Shown here piece by piece: positions 8,934-17,075 of a DNA stretch of 44,524 nt. Positions within the stretch are counted from its first letter, which is position 1. The number at the start of each line of letters is the position of its first letter. The notes under the pieces were generated by a model. The model searched no databases, was not told the DNA's origin, and saw nothing but the letters and a program-made list of their open reading frames with translations. Source of the DNA: Clostridia bacterium (GTDB lineage Bacteria; Bacillota; Clostridia; Christensenellales; RUG350). The translations under genes and the position numbers were made by a program. Location: NCBI GenBank assembly GCA_045538365.1, contig JAZSRG010000171.1, forward strand, positions 1 to 44,524. The letters are read 5' to 3'.

Positions 8934-9183
8934 TCTTGAATATGCCGACAACGGCATGATTATAACGCAATCGCAATTTAATTCTATCGTAGTCGTCGAA
9001 TATTTAAAGGACGCGAAAGGGGAAGATATTTGCGAGAATTGCGCAAAGGAATTGGGAAAAGAAATATTTGAGGATTTAGACCAACGCTACAACGCAATTA
9101 TCGGAAATCTCCCGATTGGCAAAATCTTAATCGGTTGGGAACTTGACATAAAAGTTAAACCCCGTTACAAGAAAATGAAATAA
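8911..9183 (+). CDS. Hypothetical protein (90 aa from ATG 8911)
   Basis: The track ORF starts at 8812. ATG 8911 (MEKKLTYNLEYADNG...) gives only a 23-nt overlap. Confidence 0.55.
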   Translation: MEKKLTYNLEYADNGMIITQSQFNSIVVVEYLKDAKGEDICENCAKELGKEIFEDLDQRYNAIIGNLPIGKILIGWELDIKVKPRYKKMK

Positions 9184-9194
9184 GGCAGTAAACA

Positions 9195-9226
9195 CCCCGG
9201 AAATGACAACCGGGGGTTTGCTGTTT
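9195..9226 (+). terminator. Intrinsic terminator ending the 116..9183 early unit
   Basis: CCCCGG-9 nt-CCGGGG followed by GTTTGCTGTTTT. Confidence 0.6.
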
Positions 9227-9245
9227 TATGACATAAGCACGGAAA

Positions 9246-9278
9246 TTGCACAACGTATTGAAAAAAGCCGTAAATTTG
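9246..9278 (+). promoter_or_regulatory. Candidate promoter for the packaging/structural operon
   Basis: -7 box TAAATTTG (9271-9278) and TTG at 9246-9248. The 22-nt spacer is longer than the 19 nt seen in the early cassettes. Confidence 0.35.
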
Positions 9279-9330
9279 CCCCGTAGAGGGACGAAAGAAC
9301 CCAAGACAATAAAAGTATCATGTAAAGAAC

Positions 9331-9367
9331 AAAAGCCGCTTAAAACGAAAATTCCGAGAAAATAACA
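9331..9367 (+). repeat. 37-nt conserved element, copy A (33/37 identical to 31646..31682)
   Basis: aaaagCcgcttaaaacgAaaattcCgAgaaaataaca vs aaaagTcgcttaaaacgCaaattcGgGgaaaataaca. Confidence 0.8.
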
Positions 9368-9382
9368 AAGGGTTAGTTGTTT
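9360..9382 (+). promoter_or_regulatory. Late-gene stem-loop 1: AAATAAC-[AAAGGGTTA]-GTTGTTT
   Basis: 7-bp stem (one G-U) presenting the invariant 9-nt loop. Ends 80 nt upstream of ATG 9463. Confidence 0.7.
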
Positions 9383-9462
9383 CAAGCGAAAGAGAGAAAA
9401 ACAAAACATGCTTATCGTTGGAATTGTTATTGCTTTTCTTTCAGCGTTAAAGAGGTTAAGAA

Positions 9463-10110
9463 ATGGAAGAAGTCAGAAAGAGGGCTAAACCCCGAATGTG
9501 CAAGCGCACTAAAGAGCAAATCGCATTTGACCGCGCATTTTGCGCCGACTTGTTTTTGCGCGGTTATCCGTACCGGGAAATTGCCAAACGATTGAATGAT
9601 GATTTGGCAAAACGCAAAATGGAATATCGTTTGACGGAATCAATGGTTTATTACGATATTCAACAACTGCTTATTGCATGGAAGCGCGACCAATTGGAAA
9701 GCATAGACCAATATGTTACGGCGGAATTGCAGAAGTTGGATAAAATGGAGGTTGAAGCGTGGAACGCGTGGGAACTATCCAAGCAAACGAAAACGAAAAA
9801 CAAGACAAAGAAAGCCGGAAACGGTTTAATGGGTCGTCAAATAATGACGGAAAAGGCAACCGAAACGGCATCCGGAAACCCGCGTTATCTTGATTTGCTG
9901 TTGAACATACAGCACCGACGCGCAAAGATGTTGGGATTTGATGCGCCAATAAAAATAGCGATTCCGGGCGTTAATGTAACCGTCAACAATGAGAACGAAA
10001 GGTTTAACGTTGAATCAATCCCGGACGATTTGTTATTTGCAGTAGCGGACAAATTGCAATCCGCCGAATATGCCAAGATTTTAGCCGAAAAAACGGGCGG
10101 TAATGCTTAA
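9463..10110 (+). CDS. terS: Terminase small subunit (putative)
   Basis: Sits immediately upstream of terL. N-terminal HTH-like region (GYPYREIAKRLNDD). Size is typical. Confidence 0.5.
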   Translation: MEEVRKRAKPRMCKRTKEQIAFDRAFCADLFLRGYPYREIAKRLNDDLAKRKMEYRLTESMVYYDIQQLLIAWKRDQLESIDQYVTAELQKLDKMEVEAWNAWELSKQTKTKNKTKKAGNGLMGRQIMTEKATETASGNPRYLDLLLNIQHRRAKMLGFDAPIKIAIPGVNVTVNNENERFNVESIPDDLLFAVADKLQSAEYAKILAEKTGGNA

Positions 10111-10171
10111 AGTTTCGTTTTTGGAAGTCTTAAAAAACACGGGGTTTTAAATAATTTCCAAAGGTTTTAAC

Positions 10172-11740
10172 ATGGGTAACAAAAGAGAGCAAAAAGACGC
10201 TTTGTTAAAAGCATACGCGCAAATAAAAAATAACCCGGCGGAACTTGTCAAACAAGCCGCCCGGAAGCGATTGTTGAACTTTGCCCGATACATGCAACCG
10301 GATATGGTAGTTGAGCCGTTCCACGCTGTATATTACACGGTTTTAGACATGTTCGCACATGGCAAAATACGTAAGTTAATTATTCAGCAACCGCCGCAAC
10401 ACGGAAAATCCGAGGGTTCAAGCCGAAAATTGCCCGCATTCATGTTGGGTTTGAATCCCGATTTGAAAATATGTATTGGAAGTTATGCGGCGACAATCGC
10501 CCGCGACTTTAACCGCGATGTTCAACGCTTGATTGATACGCCAAGTTATCGCCAATTGTTCCCGGAAACCTATTTGAACGGTTCAAACGTGGTAACAATG
10601 GCGAATACTTATTTGCGCAACTCCGATGTTATTGAAATGGTGGGGCATAAAGGTTCGTTGCGCGTTGTCGGTCGTGGCGGTTCGTTGACTTCTAAGACGG
10701 TGGATGTTTCCATACTTGACGACGTATATAAGGACTATGCCGAGGGAAACAGCCCAATAGTACGCGAAGCGTCGTGGAAATGGTACACGTCCGTTGTCCG
10801 TCCCCGCTTGCATAATGATTCGCAAGAACTAATCGTTTTTACACGTTGGAATGATGACGACGTAATTGGACGTATTGAGAAATCCGACGAAGTGATTATT
10901 GATGTAAATTCATGGGACGACTTAAAAGATATTCCGCCGGGCGCATGGGTAAGAATCAATTTTGAAGCGCTAAAAACGGGCGAACCGACTGAAATAGACC
11001 CGCGCCCGGTTGGTGCGGCATTGTGGGAAAGCAGACACAGCCGCGAAAAGTTGGAAGCACAACGGGCACTTGACCCGGTGTTATTTAATTGCCTTTATCA
11101 AGGCAACCCCGGAAGTGCAGAGGGCAAATTGTATCAGCCGTTTAAAACATGGGTTGAAAAATCCGATTACGGGCAATATATCCGTTCGGGCTGTTACGTG
11201 GATGTTGCGGACGAGGGGGACGACTTGTTATTTGCCGCGACGTATGATATTTATAAATCCGACAATCAGTATTGGAACGAAAAGACGCGCCGATTTGAGC
11301 CGATTTTGTATGCGTTAATTACCGATATGGAAATGACGGACGAAAACACCGACGTAACCACGCGCACCGTCCCGGCGTTAATTAATCGAAACGGAGTGCA
11401 AAAAGCATGGGTTGAGAGTAACAACGGCGGTTCGCAGTTTGAAAAGACGATAAAAAGCAAAGTTAAGGCGTTGACCGTTCCGTTTTATCAGTCCGGAAAC
11501 AAGGAAAGCCGCGTTATTACAGCGTCCGCAATGGTAAATCAACAAATCATTATGCCGTTTGGCTGGGAAAAGAGATTTGAACCGATATACAAACATATTT
11601 CCGGTTTTCTCCGTGATTTCGGAGCAAACAAGCACGACGACCCGGAGGACGGATTGACGGGCATATATGAAAAAGAATTGGCGGACGGAAACATTAAGCC
11701 ATACGGACACGAAAACCGGGGCATTAAGGTACGCAATTAG
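10172..11740 (+). CDS. terL: Terminase large subunit
   Basis: Walker A-like QQPPQHGKSEGSS, Walker B VSILDDVYKD, and a C-terminal nuclease-like half. 522 aa. Confidence 0.9.
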   Translation: MGNKREQKDALLKAYAQIKNNPAELVKQAARKRLLNFARYMQPDMVVEPFHAVYYTVLDMFAHGKIRKLIIQQPPQHGKSEGSSRKLPAFMLGLNPDLKICIGSYAATIARDFNRDVQRLIDTPSYRQLFPETYLNGSNVVTMANTYLRNSDVIEMVGHKGSLRVVGRGGSLTSKTVDVSILDDVYKDYAEGNSPIVREASWKWYTSVVRPRLHNDSQELIVFTRWNDDDVIGRIEKSDEVIIDVNSWDDLKDIPPGAWVRINFEALKTGEPTEIDPRPVGAALWESRHSREKLEAQRALDPVLFNCLYQGNPGSAEGKLYQPFKTWVEKSDYGQYIRSGCYVDVADEGDDLLFAATYDIYKSDNQYWNEKTRRFEPILYALITDMEMTDENTDVTTRTVPALINRNGVQKAWVESNNGGSQFEKTIKSKVKALTVPFYQSGNKESRVITASAMVNQQIIMPFGWEKRFEPIYKHISGFLRDFGANKHDDPEDGLTGIYEKELADGNIKPYGHENRGIKVRN

Positions 11741-11782
11741 CAAAATATTTGATTGATAAATAATTTATTCGGTGCAATTTGT

Positions 11783-11790
11783 TATATTTG
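11783..11790 (+). promoter_or_regulatory. Candidate -7 promoter box TATATTTG
   Basis: Matches TAnnTTTG. No well-spaced -33 TTTG was found. Confidence 0.3.
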
Positions 11791-11799
11791 CCCCGAACA

Positions 11800-11818
11800 A
11801 CGGCAAAGGGTTAGCCGT
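11800..11818 (+). promoter_or_regulatory. Late-gene stem-loop 2: ACGGC-[AAAGGGTTA]-GCCGT
   Basis: 5-bp stem with the invariant loop. Ends 37 nt upstream of ATG 11856. Confidence 0.7.
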
Positions 11819-11855
11819 GAAATACTATTGTTTAACGTTAAAAAAGTAACAAATT

Positions 11856-12503
11856 ATGGCTATTACTTGTAAATGCCCGGCGGCGGCTTCACTTGAAACA
11901 ATCCCCGTCGTTGTTTGTACCGAGAGTTTCGGACAAATTCAAAAAGTAGCGTTTCAGCGTCTGACAAATGACAATGGCGTGAAAAATTCGTTTACAGCAG
12001 AAGCGGCAATTACCGCGCTTGCATCATGGACACCGAAATTGGCGGCGGACGATTCAACCAAAATCGTAGTTTCTCCGTACATCCAAGCCCCAACAGAGGA
12101 AGCGGGCGCGGCGCGTACATTCGGCGGCGGTAACGAAACATTGGGCGGAATCGAAGAAATCATTGGACGCGAGCCAAACGCATTTACGGCGGCACTCCGT
12201 AAAATGCCGCAGTCTGTTATCAAAATTATGAAGCAACTGCAATGCGAAGCGGCGGCGGGCAATTTGGGCGTTTTCCTTTTCGACGAAAACGGAAATATCG
12301 AAGCAATCCAAGACGAAACCACAAAGACAACGTATTATCCAATTCCGATTCGTTCGCTTTTCGTAGGCGACAAGGCGCATGGAGGTTTGGAAGCACCGGA
12401 CAGCAACGCAATTTCGTGGTCGTTCATGCCTAACTATTCCGACAACCTCGTTATCATTACGCCGGAGTTCAACCCACTTACAGACCTTAAACCCGTGCAG
12501 TAA
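11856..12503 (+). CDS. Hypothetical virion-module protein (215 aa) between terL and the portal gene
   Basis: ATG ORF with its own leader stem-loop. Function unknown; a major tail protein role is only a guess. Confidence 0.7.
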   Translation: MAITCKCPAAASLETIPVVVCTESFGQIQKVAFQRLTNDNGVKNSFTAEAAITALASWTPKLAADDSTKIVVSPYIQAPTEEAGAARTFGGGNETLGGIEEIIGREPNAFTAALRKMPQSVIKIMKQLQCEAAAGNLGVFLFDENGNIEAIQDETTKTTYYPIPIRSLFVGDKAHGGLEAPDSNAISWSFMPNYSDNLVIITPEFNPLTDLKPVQ

Positions 12504-12715
12504 TGAACGCGAAAACAACTAAAGTAGCGTTGCAATGCGACGCGTTGGGCGTTACGCAAGAATTTGAAATAACCCACGCCGAAAGGCTGTTAAGGATGCA
12601 GAACAACGGCGGTTGGGTATTACCTAAAGAATCCGATTATATTTTTGAAAATGGGACTATCAGTAAGCGAAATAAGAAAGCGAATAACGGAGCGAAGAAA
12701 GGCGGCGACAATTAG
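12503..12715 (+). CDS. Hypothetical protein (70 aa)
   Basis: TAATG coupling to the upstream gene. Confidence 0.5.
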   Translation: MNAKTTKVALQCDALGVTQEFEITHAERLLRMQNNGGWVLPKESDYIFENGTISKRNKKANNGAKKGGDN

Positions 12716-14354
12716 CCGTGCAATTCAGCACCAAAACCGCATACGTTTTCACGCGCAAACCGTGTTAACGCCGTACATTTGCCAACCGACGACGGATTTT
12801 TTGGCATTTGTTCAAAATCTTATTCCGCACGATAAGTTTAAAATTTTCAAGGCATTGTTCCGTTACCCCGTAAAAACAAACGAGGTAACGGGAATTTGCT
12901 TTGACAAATTAAGCCGCATTTTCGACGGTCGTAACCCGGCGTTCAACTATCAGTTCATGAGTTCAGAACAACGCGACGACTGGGAATATTACCGTAAAGA
13001 AGTATTGAAAGAACCGACCATTTGGGAAACCAAGGGTTGGGAATTTTTCAAATCGGAAATTAACAGCGTCTTAATCGTTGATTTGCCGACGGTGCAACGA
13101 AACGCAGATTATCCCGAACCGTATTTTTATTGGCTTCCAATCGAAAGCGTTATAACCTTTGAAGCGAACCGCACAACGGGCGTTATGGATTATATCGTTT
13201 TCCGTCAAGACGACGGGCATATTGCCGTTATTGACGACGAAAGGTATAGAATCTTTCGTGAGGACAAAAACCATAATATCGGGGAATTGTTGGTTGATAA
13301 TCCACACGACTTAGGATATTGCCCGGCGCGTTTCTTTTGGGATACGCCAATTTCATTGAAAGAACCCGACATAAAGGAAAGCCCGTTAACAAAGCAATTG
13401 GAAAGTTTGGATTGGTTTTTATTTTACCATACGTCGAAACGCCATTTGGATTTGTACGGTTCATATCCGATATATTCCGGTTACGAACAATCATGCGATT
13501 TCAGCAATGCGGAAAACGGCGACTATTGCGACGGGGGATTTTTGAAAAACAAACAAGGCTTTTATAAATTCGACCAAGCCGGGATGTTGTGGCGTTGTCC
13601 TAAATGCGGCGAAAAACGCATAATTGGCGCGGGTTCATTCGTGGAAGTTCCCGTACCAACCAACGAACAACCCGATTTACGCAACCCGGTTCAGATATTG
13701 AGCGTTGACCGTGAAAGTTTGGATTATAACGTTGATGAAGTCGAAAGGCTGAAAAACGACATAATTACGGCGGTTGTCGGAACAAATGAAGAAATTACGA
13801 CCCGCGACGCACTCAACGAACAACAGATAAGGGCGAACTTTGAAAGTCAATCAACAATCTTAAACCGCATTAAGAAAGGTTTTGAAAATGCGCAACAATT
13901 CGTTGATGAAACAATTTGCCGTTTGAGATATGGTGACATGTTTATTTCGGCAAAAGTGAATTTCGGCACGGAATTTTACATTTACGACGTTAACGATTTG
14001 CGACAGCAATACAAGACCGCAAAGGAAAGCGGCGCGAGTGAATCCGAGTTGGACGCATTGCACAACAAAATTATCGAAACGGAATACCGAAACAATCCGA
14101 CCGAATTACAACGTATGTTGGTATTGGCTGAACTTGAACCATACCGCCATTTAACACGTAATGAAGTGGTTGATTTTTACAAAGGCGGTATAATTTCCGA
14201 AACAGATATGAGAATTAAGTTGAATTTTTCTAACTTTGTTCGCAGATTTGAACGGGAAAATACAAACGTTTTGGAATTTGGTACAGAAATACCATATCAA
14301 AGAAAGATTGAAATAATAACATCTAAATTTAAAGATTATGCTAATCAGAACTGA
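12651..14354 (+). CDS. Portal protein (putative)
   Basis: 567 aa from the first ATG (the track start 12645 is TTG). Size and position just downstream of terL, upstream of the scaffold and capsid genes. Confidence 0.55.
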   Translation: MGLSVSEIRKRITERRKAATISRAIQHQNRIRFHAQTVLTPYICQPTTDFLAFVQNLIPHDKFKIFKALFRYPVKTNEVTGICFDKLSRIFDGRNPAFNYQFMSSEQRDDWEYYRKEVLKEPTIWETKGWEFFKSEINSVLIVDLPTVQRNADYPEPYFYWLPIESVITFEANRTTGVMDYIVFRQDDGHIAVIDDERYRIFREDKNHNIGELLVDNPHDLGYCPARFFWDTPISLKEPDIKESPLTKQLESLDWFLFYHTSKRHLDLYGSYPIYSGYEQSCDFSNAENGDYCDGGFLKNKQGFYKFDQAGMLWRCPKCGEKRIIGAGSFVEVPVPTNEQPDLRNPVQILSVDRESLDYNVDEVERLKNDIITAVVGTNEEITTRDALNEQQIRANFESQSTILNRIKKGFENAQQFVDETICRLRYGDMFISAKVNFGTEFYIYDVNDLRQQYKTAKESGASESELDALHNKIIETEYRNNPTELQRMLVLAELEPYRHLTRNEVVDFYKGGIISETDMRIKLNFSNFVRRFERENTNVLEFGTEIPYQRKIEIITSKFKDYANQN

Positions 14355-14856
14355 CGACGGAAGCGTTAAGGATGAATCAATTATCAAAGTAAACGCTTCA
14401 AATTACATTGTCCCGGACAATGAAAAACATCTTTATCATTGCAAAATAGAGGTTCGCAAGTTCGACCAAGACACGGGCGCAAGGCTTTCAAAACCACGTA
14501 TTCAGAAGTTCGGCGCAAAAATGTTCAAACAGATTTCCCACGAACTGAAAAGGCAGGGCTACACGATTGACATTTTGCACAATCCAACCGAGTATATGGA
14601 AGCCGAGAAAGCACGCAAAGCCGAGGAAGCGGCAATGACAGCCGAGCGCAAGGCAAAGGAAGCCGAGGAAAAGAGAGCCGCCGAGGAAGCGGCACGCAAA
14701 GCGGAAATTGACGCGGCGGTTGCGGCGGCATTGGCTGAACAAAAGAAACAGCATGAAGCCGAGATTGAAGCGGCGGTTGCAAAGGCAATGGCAAAGGCTG
14801 AAAAGAAATCTAAGAAAACCGTCAAAACAGAGGAATCAGAAACAAACGCCGAGTAA
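14338..14856 (+). CDS. Hypothetical head-module protein with Ala/Glu/Lys-rich helical C-terminal half
   Basis: KARKAEEAAMTAERKAKEAEEKRAAEEAARKAE... low-complexity helix. 17-nt overlap with the portal gene. Confidence 0.6.
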   Translation: MLIRTDDGSVKDESIIKVNASNYIVPDNEKHLYHCKIEVRKFDQDTGARLSKPRIQKFGAKMFKQISHELKRQGYTIDILHNPTEYMEAEKARKAEEAAMTAERKAKEAEEKRAAEEAARKAEIDAAVAAALAEQKKQHEAEIEAAVAKAMAKAEKKSKKTVKTEESETNAE

Positions 14857-14876
14857 ATCCCGGCAAAGTATAACAA

Positions 14877-14899
14877 ATAATTCAAAGGGTTAGAATTAT
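14877..14899 (+). promoter_or_regulatory. Late-gene stem-loop 3: ATAATTC-[AAAGGGTTA]-GAATTAT
   Basis: 7-bp stem. The 3' arm includes the A and T of start codon 14898. Confidence 0.7.
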
Positions 14900-15848
14900 G
14901 GCACTAACAAGAGAAATTATAACGGCAAATGCCGTTTTGTCCGGTCTTACAGACGAACAGATTAACGCGATTACTACATTATCGCAGAACGACGAAAATA
15001 CGGTTATCGGTCAAAGAATCGGGGAAATTTACCGACAAATGGATGCGACCATTGCGACCGCAACCGGAATACAGCGCAACGGCGACGAAAAGACGTACAA
15101 TTATTTGGAAAGAGCAACCGCCGAATTGTCCGAAAAGGCAAAAGGCGTTGACGGTCTTAACCGTCAAATTGCAGACCTTACCAAAGAAAAAGCCCGACTT
15201 GAAAAGGTAATCGCCGAGGGCACGGGCGACGCTGAAACACGCAAAGCATTGGAGCAAACCCGAAAGGATTTGGCGGCGGTAACAAAACAATTTACCGACC
15301 TTAAAACCGAATATGACAGCGCGAAACAGCAACACGCAACCGAATTGTTCAACGTTAAGATAGACCAAGAAATTGGCGTGGCAACGGCGGCAATCAAATT
15401 CAAAGACGGATTTCCGGCAAGTGTTACCGGGGTATTGCTTAGCCAAGCAATTGAAAAGGTTAAAGGCATGCACCCGGAATATATAGACGACGGAAAGGGC
15501 GGCAAGGTTTTAGCGTTTAAGGACGAAAACGGCGCAATCATGAGGAATCCGGAAAATCAGTTGCACCCGTACACCGCGAGCGACCTAATTACAAAGGAAC
15601 TCAAAGGAATGGGCGTTTTGCATGAGGGACGACAGCAAACCGGGGGCGGAACACAGCAACCGGGCGGCGGAAATGGCGGAAACGGTGGAACAATTGACAT
15701 ATCCGGAGCGAAAACACGCGTTGAAGCATACGACGCAATCGCCGCAAGCCTTATGGCGCAAGGACTTGTTAACGGTTCGGCTGAATTTGACGCGGCAATG
15801 AATCAAGCATGGAAAGACAACAACGTTGCATCATTGCCGGAAAAGTAA
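14898..15848 (+). CDS. Scaffolding protein (putative)
   Basis: Coiled-coil-rich 316-aa protein with a Gly-rich segment (GGGTQQPGGGNGGNGG), directly upstream of the capsid gene. Confidence 0.45.
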   Translation: MALTREIITANAVLSGLTDEQINAITTLSQNDENTVIGQRIGEIYRQMDATIATATGIQRNGDEKTYNYLERATAELSEKAKGVDGLNRQIADLTKEKARLEKVIAEGTGDAETRKALEQTRKDLAAVTKQFTDLKTEYDSAKQQHATELFNVKIDQEIGVATAAIKFKDGFPASVTGVLLSQAIEKVKGMHPEYIDDGKGGKVLAFKDENGAIMRNPENQLHPYTASDLITKELKGMGVLHEGRQQTGGGTQQPGGGNGGNGGTIDISGAKTRVEAYDAIAASLMAQGLVNGSAEFDAAMNQAWKDNNVASLPEK

Positions 15849-15856
15849 GACAAGCA

Positions 15857-15875
15857 CGGGCAAAGGGTTAGCCCG
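15857..15875 (+). promoter_or_regulatory. Late-gene stem-loop 4: CGGGC-[AAAGGGTTA]-GCCCG
   Basis: 5-bp GC stem with the invariant loop. Ends 29 nt upstream of ATG 15905. Confidence 0.7.
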
Positions 15876-15904
15876 AATTTAATAACAACAAAAATTTATC
15901 AATT

Positions 15905-17005
15905 ATGAGTTTAGTAGCAACAAGACTTCAAAATTGGCGAGTTGAAAACCCGGAGTTAGACCGTAATATGACCCGCCCGTGCGAGTATGGCGCGTTGGAT
16001 TTCTTCATTGAGCAGACCAACGCCGCAAACTCTATTCTTTCCCCGTATCTGCGTGAACGTGCGTTTGCGTCTATGGGTAACACCGTACAAATTCCGGTAA
16101 TTGAGTATGACGGAAACGTGCAAGTTTCCAACCAAAGAACATGCGTTATCGCCGACAACGAAAATACGTCCGCACTCTATACGATTGCATGGGTAACGTA
16201 TTCGGTGGGCTTTACAATGGTTCCGGCGGCGTACTCAAACAACGAAATTTCATACGAACATGACTTCATGCGTAAAATGGAAAAGATTTCAAGGGCATTG
16301 GCAAACGAACTTGACAAAGGCGCGGTTGCGGCACTTGAAGCCAACAAAACGCAGGTGTTCAAAGACCTTTTGCAGTATCAGGAGGTAGGAAACGTTATTG
16401 AAGTTCCAACCCAAATGGCAACCGAAATTTTGGGCGATGTTAACCCAATCATGAGGGCAAATTGCTATCCGGAAATGATACACATTATCGGTAACGCGGG
16501 CGTTGATTCGCTTGTACGCAAACTTGCACAACATGGCGTGTATAACGACGTTAACAAGCGTATGGAATACGATAACAAGGTACTCCACTACACTAACAAC
16601 GTAACAAACGAAGAGGGCAAAAACGGAACATTCTTTGCCGCTGTTGACGGTAACGTTGGCGTACTTACACGCGTTGACCGTGAAGCACTCCGCCGCGCCC
16701 GTGCAAACTTCCATGAATGGGATGTTGTAAGACTTCCATTCATTGACCTCCCGGTTGGTTCGCACTATTACACAGCCGTAGGCGACCAATCCGCAATCAT
16801 GGGCGATGCAACCGCCGACCTTACATGTGCAGTTAAGGAGTATTTCGGATTTAGCGTTGACGTGGCATTTGTTGTGGCATACAACAGCGACCCGGAAACC
16901 GTAGCAAATCCAATCATTAAGGCGCAGATTGCCGCACCGGGCGCAAATACTCCAATCGGAATGCCCGTTTATGTTACTAACGCCGCACAATTTCCCGGCG
17001 CGTAA
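15905..17005 (+). CDS. Major capsid protein (putative)
   Basis: 366 aa, follows the scaffold-like gene and is followed by the strongest terminator in the window. Confidence 0.6.
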   Translation: MSLVATRLQNWRVENPELDRNMTRPCEYGALDFFIEQTNAANSILSPYLRERAFASMGNTVQIPVIEYDGNVQVSNQRTCVIADNENTSALYTIAWVTYSVGFTMVPAAYSNNEISYEHDFMRKMEKISRALANELDKGAVAALEANKTQVFKDLLQYQEVGNVIEVPTQMATEILGDVNPIMRANCYPEMIHIIGNAGVDSLVRKLAQHGVYNDVNKRMEYDNKVLHYTNNVTNEEGKNGTFFAAVDGNVGVLTRVDREALRRARANFHEWDVVRLPFIDLPVGSHYYTAVGDQSAIMGDATADLTCAVKEYFGFSVDVAFVVAYNSDPETVANPIIKAQIAAPGANTPIGMPVYVTNAAQFPGA

Positions 17006-17033
17006 CATCTAACGAAACGTATTGTATAACCGA

Positions 17034-17063
17034 GGGACGGGGCTAATTGTCCCGTCCCTTTTT
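17034..17063 (+). terminator. Strong intrinsic terminator after the capsid gene
   Basis: GGGACGGGGC-taatt-GTCCCGTCCC followed by TTTTT. Confidence 0.8.
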
Positions 17064-17075
17064 CAATTTAAGACA

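Noticed and set aside
10111-10171. ccaaaggtttta upstream of terL as a fifth late stem-loop.
   Set aside because: The loop sequence differs (AAAGGTTTT, not AAAGGGTTA) and no complementary flanks are present.
14488-14893. Several overlapping ORFs in both orientations across the KAEEAA-rich region.
   Set aside because: These are low-complexity GC-rich codon repeats that keep alternative frames open. Only frame 14338..14856 is coupled to its neighbours.
16289-17008. Long minus-strand ORFs (16289..17008, 21558..22172, 3524..4042, 36356..36910, 36953..37498, 5951..6433 and others).
   Set aside because: Each lies antisense to a + strand gene that has clear family motifs or tight operon packing. 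None has a promoter or terminator context on the minus strand. They are treated as shadow ORFs.
17022-17075. TTG start at 17022 for the 462-aa ORF.
   Set aside because: The extension would be translated through the strong capsid-gene terminator hairpin (17034..17063). ATG 17076 lies right after it.
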